A stretch of 63,984 bases of DNA, counting the filler, from Basidioascus undulatus (Eukaryota), in NCBI GenBank assembly GCA_000826855.1. It is 3 parts of 3 records of this genome, joined end to end, with 100 filler letters (N's around TTAATTAATTAA, not from the genome) between each part and the next. Parts side by side here need not be neighbours in the genome. Positions count along the whole stretch, not along the records: positions 42,869 to 63,984 come from JTLS01000341.1; 2 more parts are not named here. The stretch is one strand, 5' to 3'. Made by a program: the position numbers and the translations under genes. Numbering within the stretch: position 1 is the first letter of the stretch; the number at the start of each line of letters is the position of its first letter. The notes under the pieces were generated by a model that was not told the DNA's origin, searched no databases, and was given only the letters and a program-made list of their open reading frames with translations. This document shows positions 45,590-62,914 of the stretch, piece after piece.

Positions 45590-48360
45590 GTGCGGCTCAG
45601 GGACTTTGCCGATGTCTCCGAACTCCGTCATCTCAGCGATCAAAACGCGCTGTAAGAGAATGCCACTTCCGCGGAAGAAGGAGAGCCAGCTGATGGTGTC
45701 TTGTCGTTTCAGCTACTTCATCATCATCGCATTGGTTGCCACATGCGTAAGCCTCGGCTAGGGCACATTTGGATTGAGACCGCGGCTAACGTAACTGCGG
45801 CAGTCTATCGCCGTCCAAGCGACTTCGATGGTTCGCACGAGCGAAAGCCTCACACTCAAGATCCCGAAATACAGCTTCCGCTCGCTGCTTCGTCAAGACG
45901 TGTGTACGTATCACAGGGTGCTTCGATTGGCCTAAGCCAATTGCTGTCCTGACCGTATAGCCTAGTTCGACGAGGTGGACAACAGCACGGGTTTGATGCG
46001 TCTCTTTGGGCGATCAAATAGTGTCTAACATTACTATACACAGGTGCGCTCACTTCGGCACCCGCCGAGAACGCGCAGAAAGTCCAAGGCCTTGCGGGGA
46101 TCATTCGGCACCATCCTAGAATCAGTGCGTATCGCCTATCTTCTAAAAGCTATCTCCTCTCGTGTATGTTCCCCTGTGACCGGGCATGAGCGGATGATCC
46201 TGACGAAGAGGAGGACTGCAGCGCCGGACTCATCATTGGCATTGTGTACGGGTGAAAGCTCTGCCTGGTCGGAAGTGCGTGTGTGCCATTCACCGTGAGT
46301 CTACGTCCATGAATCTGTTCCCCTTCATTTCGGCAGTCACGCAAATGCGCCGGCTTCATCCGCCTGCACGTCGTCACGCTCAAGGACCACAAGAACAAGC
46401 GGGCGCACGAGGAGTCTGCCCAGCTGGCATGCGAAGCAGCAGGTACGTACAATGCGTGCGACGCTACCTCACCGCATAGGCTGAATAAGCCTTGTACACA
46501 GGGGCAATTTGCACCGTTGCTAGTTTGACGCGCGAGGATGACTGCAGCGAGAAGTACCACCAGTCGCTGGAGGGTCCGGCTCGCATCTCGCTTCGCAGCG
46601 GCCTGTGGTCGAACGGCATCTACGCGTTGAGCCAGAGCTTGGCATTCTGGGTGATTGAGTTGATCTCCTGGTGTGTACTAGCCTGTTCCCTTGAGGAAAG
46701 CTGAGCTCATCCTGCTTATCTCTCAGGTACGGCTCGCGTTTGCTGGTCGCCTCGAGTACGACACTAGGCAGTTCTTCACCGTCTTGTTGTGAGTTTGGCT
46801 AGCGTGTTTGAGTATGCGAGGCTGTGTTTCAGGTGTATGGTTTTCGGGTCCATCCTGTAAGTCTTCTTTTTAAAGCGCGACCGGTGAGGAGAATGCTCAA
46901 CTAACGCCCTACGTCTCAACAGAGCCGGCAACGTCTTCAGGCACCAATCGACCCAGGCCCTCTTTGAGGAAACTTTGATGCTGACTTCGACGCATCGAAA
47001 TCAGCTTCGCACCCAACATCTCCAGCGCTCGCTCAGGAGCCGCCCGCACGGTCGAGCTCATCGGCAGCCAGCCGGAGAACATCGAAGACTCGGACGAGGG
47101 TCTGAAACTCGAGAGCGTCGAGGGACACTTCTGATTCACCGATGTTCACTTCCGGTAAAAAATTCCCTTCTTTTCATCACGAGAAGTGCTGAAACGCTGA
47201 TTGCCCTCCTAACGCCTGAAGTTACCCGGACGTGCCTGTTCTTCGCTCCCTCAATCTGACATCCAGCCTGGGACTTACGTGGCGCTTGGTAGGCCAAATT
47301 CCCCTTATATTCTCCTCTGCGCTTACAATCGAGCTTACACCGTATGTGCACAGTGGGACCGTCCGGCCGCGGAAAGTCGACAACTATCCAGGTGTGTTCT
47401 CAAGCCAGACTCCTTCCGCAGCGGAGCACGTCAGCTTAACCTTCGAGATCCCCTCTGCAGCTCATCGAGCGCTTCTACGACGTCCTTCACGGCCAGGTCA
47501 CCCTTTGACGGGCACGACGTTCTGGACATCAACGTCGCACAAGAACCTCTTCTGTACATTTCACAATCCCATTTAGCCGCCTCCCACTAACCAAGAGCGT
47601 GTAAAAACAGGTACTCCCGAACAGTCAAGTACAACATCCTCCTCGGCGCGACGAAGCCGTACGAGGAGGTCACGCAGGACGAGCTGGAACAGGTAGGCGA
47701 TTTCGCGCCTGTTCGCTTCGGACGATCGACTTGACTTACGATGGTGCGGAACTACGTAGGCTTGCTGCAACGCCAATATTCTAGACTTCTTTGAGAGCCT
47801 GCCGAACAAGTTTTGACACCGAAGTCGGCGGGAAGGGGTACGCCGTGTCGTTTCCAATTTTCCGTCGCCCGGGTCGGCATTGTTTCCCTGCCTTTGAAAA
47901 GCACGCAACTCAGCGGAGGTCAGAAACAGGTAAGCTTTCTCGTCCATTTCAATTGGCGGGGTGTGAAAAGTGTCTGGCACAGCGCCGACACATTTTCACT
48001 TGCAGGGCATCGCTATCGCTCGCGCTTTGATCCGCCCGCCCAAGATTCTGTTCATGTTCGTATCTTTTATCAAGAGCGGACAGCTCTCCACGAGCAAGGA
48101 TACTCACAGATAATGTTGCACATTGACGAAGCGACGTGCGCTCTTGACTCCGAGAGCGAGAAGGTGGTGCAAGCTGTGAGTCCGCTTTACGCAGAATTTG
48201 GCCTCATGCACAATCATGTACGAACCTTCTCCTTCTTTCCCACTGCTTCCGAGATGCCCAAAAAGGAAAGTCTCACCCATTTACTTGCTCTGTCCTGCAG
48301 CTACGTTTCCAAGTACGGGCGCATCTCTCAAGCCGGAACGCACTGGGATCATGGAGATGG
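45590..48360 (+). pseudogene. ABCB (MDR1/P-glycoprotein-like) transporter pseudogene, second TMD-NBD half
   Basis: ENAQKVQGLAG, HEESAQLACEAAGAICTVASLTRE, YALSQSLAFWV, Walker A GPSGRGKST, QLSGGQKQ, IAIARALIR and DEATCALDSESEKVVQ; multiple frameshifts and premature stops. Confidence 0.85.
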
Positions 48361-50613
48361 GCGGCCGCTGTGAGCATGTAACAGTGCAGGCTTTCCCCCT
48401 CCCTTCCCGTCGGGGTGCTCCACCTCTCCTCTACGTGCCCTCCAAAGAACAAACCATGCTTTTACTTCTATGCATAAAAAATTGTGACCGAGGGGGTGAG
48501 ATTTGTTCCTAAAGTCGCAACTACGAACACTACGTGCCCACGCTCGACAAGGCAGGCTCCGACTCGGGAAACTGCTCGGGCCACGCTTCCGCCCAGCCTG
48601 TTGGGCCGCCATGTAATGCGCTCAGTACATACGGCAGATTGAGCGCGACGCACAGACGTACGGTGCTCCGTGGGACTTCGATTTCCTCTTTGCGGAACAT
48701 GAACGGCCCTGCAGGCCACTCGATTTGAAGTGACTGCGGCGAGCTGTCAAGCCACCGGTACAGGTGAGTGTGATTAGTAAAAACTTCTGAAAAAGTTTTA
48801 TCCGAAATTAAATGGCTGCTCTTGAAAAAGCATGGGCTGCTCGACCGGGACTGTGACCATTTTCTTCACGTTCATCCGTCAACCTCGTTGCCCCTGGCCC
48901 GTGCCACCGGTTGTCCTCCTCTCTCTAACATCCTGTCCTTTTTACAGTCAAAATTTTACCTCACTTGCTAAGTAGCTCTATCGTAACATCTCAAAGTCCG
49001 CCTTCAGAGGCTCCCCTCCCCTTTCAGCTTCACCGTGGCGCTATGTGGGTTGTCAAGTTTTACAAGACCAAGCGTCGCAGTCAGCTTGAAGCTAGACGAG
49101 TGTGGGGTTAGTCCCCACTTGGGAGAGCCCCGTGTTGTCGACAGTTGGAGATTCAACCGGCCTTCAGCCGCGTGGGAGTAATTGGATTGTAGTAATGGAC
49201 TGGATCTTTGATGTCCGCGAGAGACCGATGATCAGGTGAATCTCAGTAATGTGTACTGGGTTGGCAAGCCGGTCGAAAAGGGCTGCAGGCGAGCACTCAA
49301 ATGCGAACAAATGGTTCATTTCATCTTGCCTCAGCAGCCACTTTCGGGATCTTGTCTGTGACAACTGAGAAAAACTTACCGTTTTGATCGCGAACGATGG
49401 AACGTCCAGCGGAGACGATAATCAATTCAGCCTTCAAGTCTGGCTCAAACTTCTCGAGAGTGGTTGTGAGCACACCTCGAGCTCCCGGCCACCATGGTTG
49501 CTGATGCCTGGAAGCTGTCCACCAGAAATTAAAGAACAGGGGTAAGATATAAAGAGTGACTTTATGGGCTCTGATAAGGATATGCTCGTCCCATGGCTGC
49601 TTAAGTGCGGGGACCAGCTCTGAAGGTGCGCGGGCGCACTGAGCGTGCGGCGGGGTACGGCTCGAGGAATCCACAGTCCCAGCGAGAAAACTTGAAATAA
49701 TAGTTCGCCATATTTCCCAATACACCCTCTACAGAGAGCTCCGTGGGTTCATGGGGAACTACATCTGGTGCTCCGTCTCCATGCGGTTAACACAGAAACG
49801 GAGGTCCAGGGTGCTTTGTTAACTCAAGTCTGCTTTCATGGATTTGCCTGTTAAGTATCCGTCCTACTCTCCTCAACATGTTCCCACATAGTTAATCGCC
49901 ATTCCAGCAACCAACCCGGAAACGACAGCCCACCTGTATGTCCTCCACATTAATTTATTGATCTTGCGTATCGCCCATGTCGCTTTGCTCGGACGTTCCC
50001 ACCTACTCCCCTGCTTTTCGTTGGCCAGACAACAAGGCTGCGTACATGCTCAGTCCTCGTTGTTTACCTGCCACCGCCTCCGTATGACCCCCAGGACCGC
50101 GGTCAAGCGGCAAGAAGAAGACGCAGCCGAGGTGAAAGCAGATCACGCGCTGTGACAGCTCCCGGCGCCCGTTTGCAAAGTGCCCTGTGACTGAACTAGG
50201 GTGAGAGACTCAGTGATTGCAGGGTCTCACACGGCGGCCCCAGCCCAACGGAACCGACTATTTTTAGCACGGCGGCCCTCACTGAGACGCCGCCCCCACA
50301 TGCATCCTCCTCACGGCTCCTCAACGCAGCTTGCAGCATGAGCATTCACGCTATCGCGCGTCAGGCACACAGCCTGATTGTTCTGGGCAATGGGATTCGC
50401 CATCACGCGAGCAGCAGGGCGCGATAAGCCGAAAGCGGGTTCCGGCGTGAAGGCCGTTGGAGATGCCCGGGAAGATGAAAACGGAGCAGGCAGGTTCGGG
50501 CGGATGCGCGAGTGACGAGCGTCTTCCATCTTCTCTCTGAGCCTCCGTTACACCAAACCTTTCCTCTTCTCGTTCTTGACCTTTACGGACCGAGGACGCC
50601 CCCAAAGGCTACC

Positions 50614-53600
50614 ATGACATCTCAAGCTGACGACGCTATCCTGGCCGGCTTCGCTGAGGCGGAGCGCGACGAGTACAAGGCCGATCTTAAGCATGAGAAG
50701 GACATTCCCGCCTCGACGAACGTGTCCGATCTCGCCGACGATGTTACTGAGGAGGACAAGGCTACCCTCCGCCGCGTCCCTGGCAAAGTGTATGTGCCGC
50801 CGAAATTCTATACAGTGTGCTGTGTCTGACCGAAGACTGCGTGAACAGTCCGTGGCAAGCATATCGTACATCTGCTCTCAGGTCTCGCCGGCTGGACTGG
50901 GGCTGAACGCATTCCGGCAACAGTGATTGCCACAGTGGAACTGGCGGAGCGTTTTTCTTACTACGGGACGACAGTGTAAGCAGTTCTCTAATTGGCGCGA
51001 GACGGACCAACGGGCACTGATCTACCCTCGCACACAGTGTTTTTACCAACTTCATTCAGTGCGCCGCTGGACTTCCAACGCCCGTGAATGATAAATTATA
51101 GTAATTTTATTTGTTACAGGCGACCGCTGCCCCCCGGAAGCCGGACGGGTGCCGGGTTCGAGGACGAGACGTCGGGTGCGCTGGGAATGGGCCAGCGGGC
51201 TTCCTTGTGCGTCCCTCCTTCACTTCCTGGTCCCTCGCATCGCTAATTTGACCTCCAATACAGTGGCCTGACAACTTACAACACATTTTGGGTAGTAAGT
51301 TTTGTTTTGTTAAATGGTAGGCGCGGCGGTTGGCTCACAGTTAACTGTTTGGCAGTATGTCATGCCCCTCCTCGGTGCCGTCAGTCTTCTCTCCTTGATC
51401 GGGCCGAGGGAGGCTGGTTCTTTGATCTAATTATGGCCATTATATGGGTAGTACGTCGCCGACACATACCTCGGACGCTACAAGACGATTTGCTGGGCGG
51501 TCCTCATCGCCTTGATCGGGCACATTCTACTCGTCGTCAGCGCTGTCCCGACAGTCATCGTTCACCCGAACGGGGCGCTCGGCGCGTTCATCATTGCCAT
51601 AATTATCATGGGTGTTGGGACTGGTGCTTTCAAGTCCAACATCAGGTAGATATTGAGGCTCTTCGGGTGGTCAAGCGTGACACTGATGCGAGCTGCGACC
51701 TCAGCCCTCTTATTGCGGAGCAGACGAAGGACAACTTGCGCGTTGAATACGTTCGCCACGAGAAGATCGGTGCCGTTGAGACAAAGCTCCGGAAGTGGTT
51801 CCGTCGGCCTGCGAAGGAGCACAACCCCGATGAGCGTGTTCTCGTCGACCCTGCGCTCACGGCGGCTCGCATTTTCATGTACTTCTGTAAGTTCTCAAAC
51901 CTCTCCGGTGGGAAAACGATACAGATGCTGATGAAAACGTTGCGGTGCAGACCTGTTTATCAACATTGGAGCCCTGGTTCGTTTTCACGATGCGTAGCGT
52001 CTGTTTGCACCGCTTACCATTTCTCGCACGCAAACCCACAGGTTGGACAGATTGGCATGGTAATGATGTGCCTGACCTAGTTCGTGGAGCTTGCGCTGAT
52101 GTGAGCTATGCTTAAACAGGCCTACTCCGAGAAATACGTTGGCTTCTGGCTGGTGCGTCCTCAATCGTGCCAATCGCCGAGTCCGGATGGTTATACTGAG
52201 GCGGTCTTCGGTTTGCAAAGGCGTACACTCTTCCCACCGTTGTGTTCCTTCTCTGTCCCATCGTGCTTTGGGTTGGTAACAACCGCTACGTTAAGGTAAG
52301 CTTCAAGCTGTTCTAATGCTGAAACTCACGCTCACCGCTCCCGCTTCTGTTACGACAAGACGCCTCCGCAAGGCTCTGTCCTCGCGCAGTCTCTGCGCCT
52401 CTGGCGCGTCGCCGCCAAGGGCCGCTGGAGCTGGAACCCGATCCGGACTATGAAGAACTTCAAAGCCGATGACTTCTGGACCTCCGCGTACCCGTCGAAG
52501 CAGGTCGGCGAGAGCAAGCCGAAGTGGATGACTTTCGACGACCGTGTGTGCTCGCTGGCTGGTTCAGATGGCGTGGAATGCTCTGCAGGCGCCTGTTGAC
52601 CCCTTCTTTGCAGGATGGGTCGACGAAGTTCGTCGTGGCTTCAAGGCCTGCTCCGTCTTCGTCTTCTTCCCGATCTACTGTGGGTCTCACCTTACACTGA
52701 AGCCCTGAAATCGATCAAATAACACATCCGCTCTCTAGGGCTCACCTACAACCAGATGACCGGTGAATATGACCTAACCCTGCGTCGCGCCGCTGTAGGC
52801 CAGATTGACTAACGAGGCCATTCTTCAAGGTAACCTGACGTCCCAAGCCGCCACCATGACGACGCACGGAGGTAACTAAGCTTGTCGTGCCCCCGGACCG
52901 AATGGGCGCTGACCTGCGGCTGCTCGCGTGTAGTTCCCAACGACGTTATCAACAACCTCGACCCCTTCGCCCTCATCATTCTTATCCCCATCTGTGACCT
53001 CATCGTATGTTCCAACGCGCTCTTCCCACGCCAGCAGTTCGCCAGGCTGACTCTTTCCGACATCCATCAGGTCTACCCGGCCCTCGCTCGCGCTGGCATT
53101 CGCTTCACCCCGTCCGTATCCAGGTTATTCTAAATTCACCCAATGATCGGCAATGCTAACGATTTGAGTTCATAAAACAGCATCAAGAAGATCTTCGCCG
53201 GGTTCATGGCCGGCTCGGCCTCCATGGTCTGGGCTGCCGTCGTTCAGCACTACATCTACAAGACGTCGCCTTGCGGCAACCAGGCCAACGGCAAGGACTG
53301 CGACCCTTCGCCCCTCAACGTCTGGATTCAGAGCGGTTCATATGTTGTACGTCTTTGCAATTTGTCGTCCCTGAAGGCCAACCGAACCAAAACTGATGCA
53401 TCGTGAACCCAGCTCATTGCTTTGTCGGAGATCTTCGCGTACGGCCGGCCTCCTCTCCCTGGTTTGCATGATGGCTACCCAGGTTACTCACGTTGCCTCT
53501 ATTTCCAGATCTATCACTGGCCTGGAGTACGCCTTCACCAAGGCGCCTAAGAACATGCGCTCCCTGGTTACGGCCGTCTGTGCGTCTTCCGTCAATCCTC

Positions 53601-53866
53601 CCCTTTTGATTTCTGCTCTTGCCTGCCAATCGGTGATGCTCATCTGCCTGTTTCAACTAACAGTCCTCTTCACGTCCGCGATCGCATCCGCTATCGGCGA
53701 GGCCTTCGTCGCCCTCTCGGACGACCCGCTCCTGGTCTGGAACTACGGCGTGTTCGCCGTCCTCGCCTTCGTGGCCGGTATCGCGTTCTGGATTACCTTC
53801 CGCCACCTCGATGCCGAGGAGGACAAGCTCAACGAGCTGCCGGAAGGCGAGTACGGGCGGCACTAG
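50614..53866 (+). CDS. PTR2: POT/PTR-family di/tripeptide transporter
   Basis: VELAERFSYYG, GAYVADTYLGRYKT, GTGAFKSNISPLIAEQ, FYLFINIG, VPNDVINNLDP and SEIFASITGLEYAFTKAPKNMRS across many GT-AG introns; TAG at 53864-53866. Confidence 0.96.
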
Positions 53867-54366
53867 GACGGCTTCTGAGTTTCGGTTTCACCCTGTCTGT
53901 ATTCTTTTCCGCTCTGCTTTAGGGGGTTTTGCGTCGATGAAAAAATCTCGGTACTCCTGTAATGATCTTTGCCAAGCTCACGTTTTGATGATACACTCTT
54001 CTGCGATGTGCACAGTGCGGTGACCTGGCGCAGACTGCGTGGTCATTCTAAGACCCTGTTTGCTTCCATAGGGGTCCTTGTTTCGACTATGTCACGACTC
54101 TGTGGCAATATGACTGCTTGGAATGATCCTTTTCAATGCGCCTGGTCGCGTCTATTGTTTTTCAGTGTTGCAGAAGTAGCGTCGCGACGACGTTTGCAAC
54201 CGGGACGCGTCCGCGGAATACATTTCGGGGCACCGGCGTTCAAGAGGCCGGGCGGCAGCTTCCCGCCTCCGCCTGAAGCCGCAACCCCTCCGAGCGCCTT
54301 CGTGCAGCCTGCCATCACCACTTCCTCCCACAGCATTCGCATTCACCAGTCTCCCAACATCCAGAT

Positions 54367-58580
<4,214 letters not shown>

Positions 58581-58745
58581 TGCATAGAGGACACACAAAA
58601 GCCTTATTAAGCAAACTTGCAAAACATTGCGGGATCGACTTTTTGCACTGTATGCAGAAAGGTCACTCCGCCTGTTGCGTTGACAACAGTGGACCTCTGG
58701 AAGATGGTATTTCTTTCGGATGAAGCCTTCCCAGTCGTCTTTGAT

Positions 58746-60730
58746 TCACCGTGACCTGCTCAAATGATTGATATTTTTATGATTATTGGAAATGTCGGTC
58801 TTCTCTTTCTCAGCCCGCCCTGCCTTTCCATCAACTACAGTTTCGAACCGAGGCGGCGATGCGCACGACCCCTCCCGTTGCGTAGCTTTATCCCCCAGCG
58901 TCCACCTTGACCCCGCAGATTCAACATCGCTGCGTACACCCTGGGCGTCGGCGTGCGTTATCGGGAGGTGGACCGCGACCGGCGCGGCGTCCCGTTGCTC
59001 CCCCATGTGCGCGAGCGGCTCTACACCGTGTTTGCGCCGCCGGTGCGATTGAAGGAGGAAGGCGCGCCGGGTATAAAGGAATAGAACAGCGTCGGCCCAC
59101 CCTTAGGAACCGTTTGATTAACAGAAATTGTCGTCGTTGGATGACAAGGCTACGAACCGGTGCAAGCGTAGATGACTCCTGCCACGCACACGAACCAAAC
59201 GGGCGAGCGCATGCCACCCATTTGCCCGACCCGTATTACTGTTATCTGCGCATGAGGTCAAAAGGCAGCTAGCCACGGAGAAAAGAAGAGAAATACGGGG
59301 ATGAGATCGATTGTATACACAACGGGGTCTATATCTATAACAGCGTCAGCGAGGCAACGCGAGAAGGCTGCGAGCAGAGCGCCGTGCACATAGCAGGAGT
59401 TTTCTTGCTGTGTACAACACATGCCGCCCGACACGATTGCGAACGCCAAGCCGGCCGTTGGAAATCAAGTCGGACTCGTCAGAGCTAGACCCCACGTCTT
59501 CTATTATCCACGGCGCCAGGCACGAGAAGCCGACGAGGCAGGTCGAGAGGGGCCGACGTTGCGGGCCGGCTGCGGCTGCATCGGCGAAGAGGTGGACGGC
59601 CTGAGAGGGAATAATCGTGATAACTTTTAGACAGGGTGATTGGAAAACAGCTTGCCTTGTAGTAGATGATGAGATAGCTGACGATCATAAGCAGAAGCGA
59701 CAACAAGGCCCAGATCTTGACATGCTGACGAACTTGTCAGCGGTAGCGGTACAAAATGGGAGGGGAGGCAAGATAGCGCACGAAGTAGAACAGAAGCTGC
59801 GTGAGATCTCTGTCATCAGAGATCCAGCACCACAGTGCATTTGTGCCTACAAAGGTGACCAAGATCAATGCATCGCAAAAGATTGGGTAGAGTGGCTGGC
59901 AAACGTACCTTCATAGAAGTGCCCATGTCGTTTGAGTGCTCGGGGGCCGACGAGGGGCAAGACAACGATAAAGAGCCAGCCTAATGGAAGGACAACGGAG
60001 GCCACCCAGTGCGGAGGCGTTCGGTAGAGGACGAGGATGTAGAAGATGTGATACATGAGCATCACATTCCTGTCTTTCTTCAACAGTCAATACTAGGATC
60101 TCCCCTCTTTTTAATGAAAATCAAGGCGCGCCATATGATATCCCCCAGGCCACCGAGCTGCATCAGTATGCCTGAGGGGCAGAACGAGAACTTCAATCGA
60201 ACTGACATTCACACTACCGTGGCATGGGGAGTGCAGTACTCACCTTGAGCCACGCAGACGTGTCCTCGCTCGATGACTCTTTGGCCCGCCCAGGCATAGT
60301 TGAGGGCGAAGGAGATTCCGTGAAAGAATCCGGAAAGGAACAACGAGACGACATAATAGCCGGGCGGGGATCGCATGAAAGCAGGAATCCCGGCGTTTGG
60401 CCGAGTTCGGGCGGATGGGGCCAGAAAACCGTACCACTGATAGGACTGAACATAGTTGAACAGGAATCTCCAGTGTAATGGCAGAAGTTCCCGACGGCAC
60501 TCACTACGAGATATACCAGCACGGCAAGGGTGGCCAGCGCAGAGATGGTGCCTACTGCCGCCATCAACTGTGTGTTTCACCCATCGTAGTAAGCTACCCG
60601 GCACTCCTTCTCAGTGCACCCAATGAAAGTGGGTGTTTGGCGGGAGCATACGCACTGCGACACCGGCAATTTCTCCCCTCGACTTCAACTCCCCGGTCCA
60701 TCCAAACGGCGTCGGGTGGAAGTTCACCAT
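58746..60730 (-). CDS. Git3/Gpr1-like fungal seven-transmembrane GPCR
   Basis: Manual splicing gives seven hydrophobic segments with YVVSLFLSG, VCVAQGILMQLG, ALWCWIS, ARKLLLYPVVYT and GWADAVLFLYTR; the model needs two GC-AG introns. Confidence 0.78.
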
Positions 60731-61319
60731 TGCCACGGCGTCCCCGGATTATAGAGATCGGCTGAAATGCAGCACAGCTATGAGGAGGTCAGATGTAATC
60801 CAGCCGAACGACCACAGCGACCGTGGTGATTGACGAACCGATCACAAAGTACTCGTTGTTAGTGTGTCCGATGCGTGCAAGAGGCATGCAATGAGCTCAG
60901 GTGGGGCGTAGTTGACCTGTACGAAGCTTCTGGCTGTTCAGAAGGGAGGGGGCTGAGAACGCGCGAAGGTGAAAAGCCGACGTCACCGTTCTGCGTCGTT
61001 CTTGGACTTTAACTTACTGACGGATGCGCTTCGTGGACCCGAAATGCATGGCGGGGGTTTCTAAGAACAGGAACATGGACATTGATGGACAAATACTCAA
61101 GGATCCTGTATCGGCCCTTGCTAGGTACAGGCAGTCCAGATTTTCACTTGAAGCTTGAAAGCCGGCAGGGGAGGCCGGAGGATGATTCGCTGTACCCAAG
61201 GAAAGTACAGCTTGTCCAGAGCACTTGTCGCCAAAATCTGGGCTGGGCATAGCTGTTACCTGAAGATGAATTGTTCTTGGATTCACTAAGGCAACTGGCA
61301 TACTACCGGGCGTTCGTGC

Positions 61320-62030
61320 ACACCTGCTCTATTACGCCGGTTGCAACGGCTGCGTCAAGACGCTCCCATCGGGCTGCGTCCTAGCCCAATCTCTCCGCCT
61401 CTATCCCTTTGCGGCTAAGGGTCGCTGGAGCTGGAATCAATTTTAACATGAAAATCCTCAAGGATGATGATTTCTCGACCTCAGCCTACCCGTCGCTGCA
61501 GGGCAGGTCGGCGAGAGCAAGTTGAAGTGGTCGTCTTTGGACGACCGTGCTTACTTCCTGACGGCGTGGGATGTTTTTATGTTGCGCCCTTGTGCTGACA
61601 TTGTCCCTACAGAATGGATCGAGGAAGTTTTCCGCGGCTTCACGGCGGGCTCTGTCTTCGTGTTCTTCCCCATCTACTCTTAGTCTCTGCTTGCGCTGAA
61701 GCCCTGAAACTGTCAACTAACCCGTCTGCGTACTAGGGTACACATACAGCCAAGTGTTCGGTAACTTGAACTATTTACGCGGTCACGATGACGACTCAAA
61801 GGAGTACGTATCGAATGGATGCTCACCTGCAGCTGTTCGCTTGTAGTCCCTCACGACCTCCTTGACAACCTCGGCCCCTTTCCTCATCATTTTAATCCTC
61901 GTGTACCTTGTCTGCACATTTGAAGTTGTTCTATTTAAGTGAAGCAAGACCGCAGTTCGATGGTTTTCAAGGTCCACCCGGGTCCACCTGCCGTCGCTCG
62001 CGCTGGCAGTCACTTCACGACGTACCCTAC
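61320..62030 (+). pseudogene. Degenerate partial PTR2 paralog
   Basis: Collinear with about 52260-53110 (AAGGG-CGCTGGAGCTGGAA, GCAGGTCGGCGAGAGCAAG, TTCTTCCC-ATCTACT, CTCGCTGGC-like blocks); frameshifts and stops. Confidence 0.85.
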
Positions 62031-62914
62031 TTCGGACCTTTTATAGTCTCACCGAGGGTCACACTGTCTCAATGTTGAGCGTAATTTACAAGACTCCTTA
62101 TTAATTCCAGCGGTCCGTCCGTGGGTGTATGTGTGTTGCAAATTCATGTGCCAGGACGTGCCAGATAGGTGTCAAGTCGGCTGGTCGACGTCGAAGTCCA
62201 ATGCAATCTGTGTGCTGCGGAAATTTTCCCGAGAGGGCTCTTTTTTTGGGAGTTTGGGCAAGAGCACTCCGTGAATTGTGGACAGTCGGGGCCGGAGGAG
62301 ATGCTCCACGTAGTGCATCGCCGCCGCTGCCAGAGCCGCTTGAGAGGCTCGCTCCAACGGCAGTGCCGAAAAACGTATAGTGACTTCTTAAAAACATTTG
62401 AACCCCAATGCTCCACTAAAAATTCATGAATAAGTCGGAGGAAGGGCTAATCAAGTACATGTGTAGCGCTTGAGAACTGTTTGTTGTACTAGACCTTTTG
62501 TTGTATTCCGCTGACTGCACACTGTACACTAGCTGCATTGGCCAAAATGAAGCACTTGGGAGAACTTCGACATGCATATATTTTCAAGTCTCTTCAAGCA
62601 GAGTACATTCCAGTTGATCCACAGCGCCCGCAGTTCGCTTGGGATTCGAAATTTGACCGGAGTGCGTGGCCGAACTCGCTCGTTTTCCTACCAGCCTGTT
62701 AGAATAAATTATTGACCACCATGGACAACACCAAATACCGCCAAACTGGTGAGCTCATGGGAATACATAATGGGGCTGTTGTGAAGACCTTCTTTGGCGC
62801 TCACCTTCCCGAACCAGCCCGTGGCCGACCCTGAACATGTTCTGGCGCGTATCGCGTTCTCCCCTCCTCCCCGCCACACTACCACACCTCCCCATCCTCC
62901 CCACATTCCAAAAC

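Noticed and set aside
49100..49750. Possible retroelement remnant
   Set aside because: No recognisable RT, integrase or gag motif, LTR or TSD.
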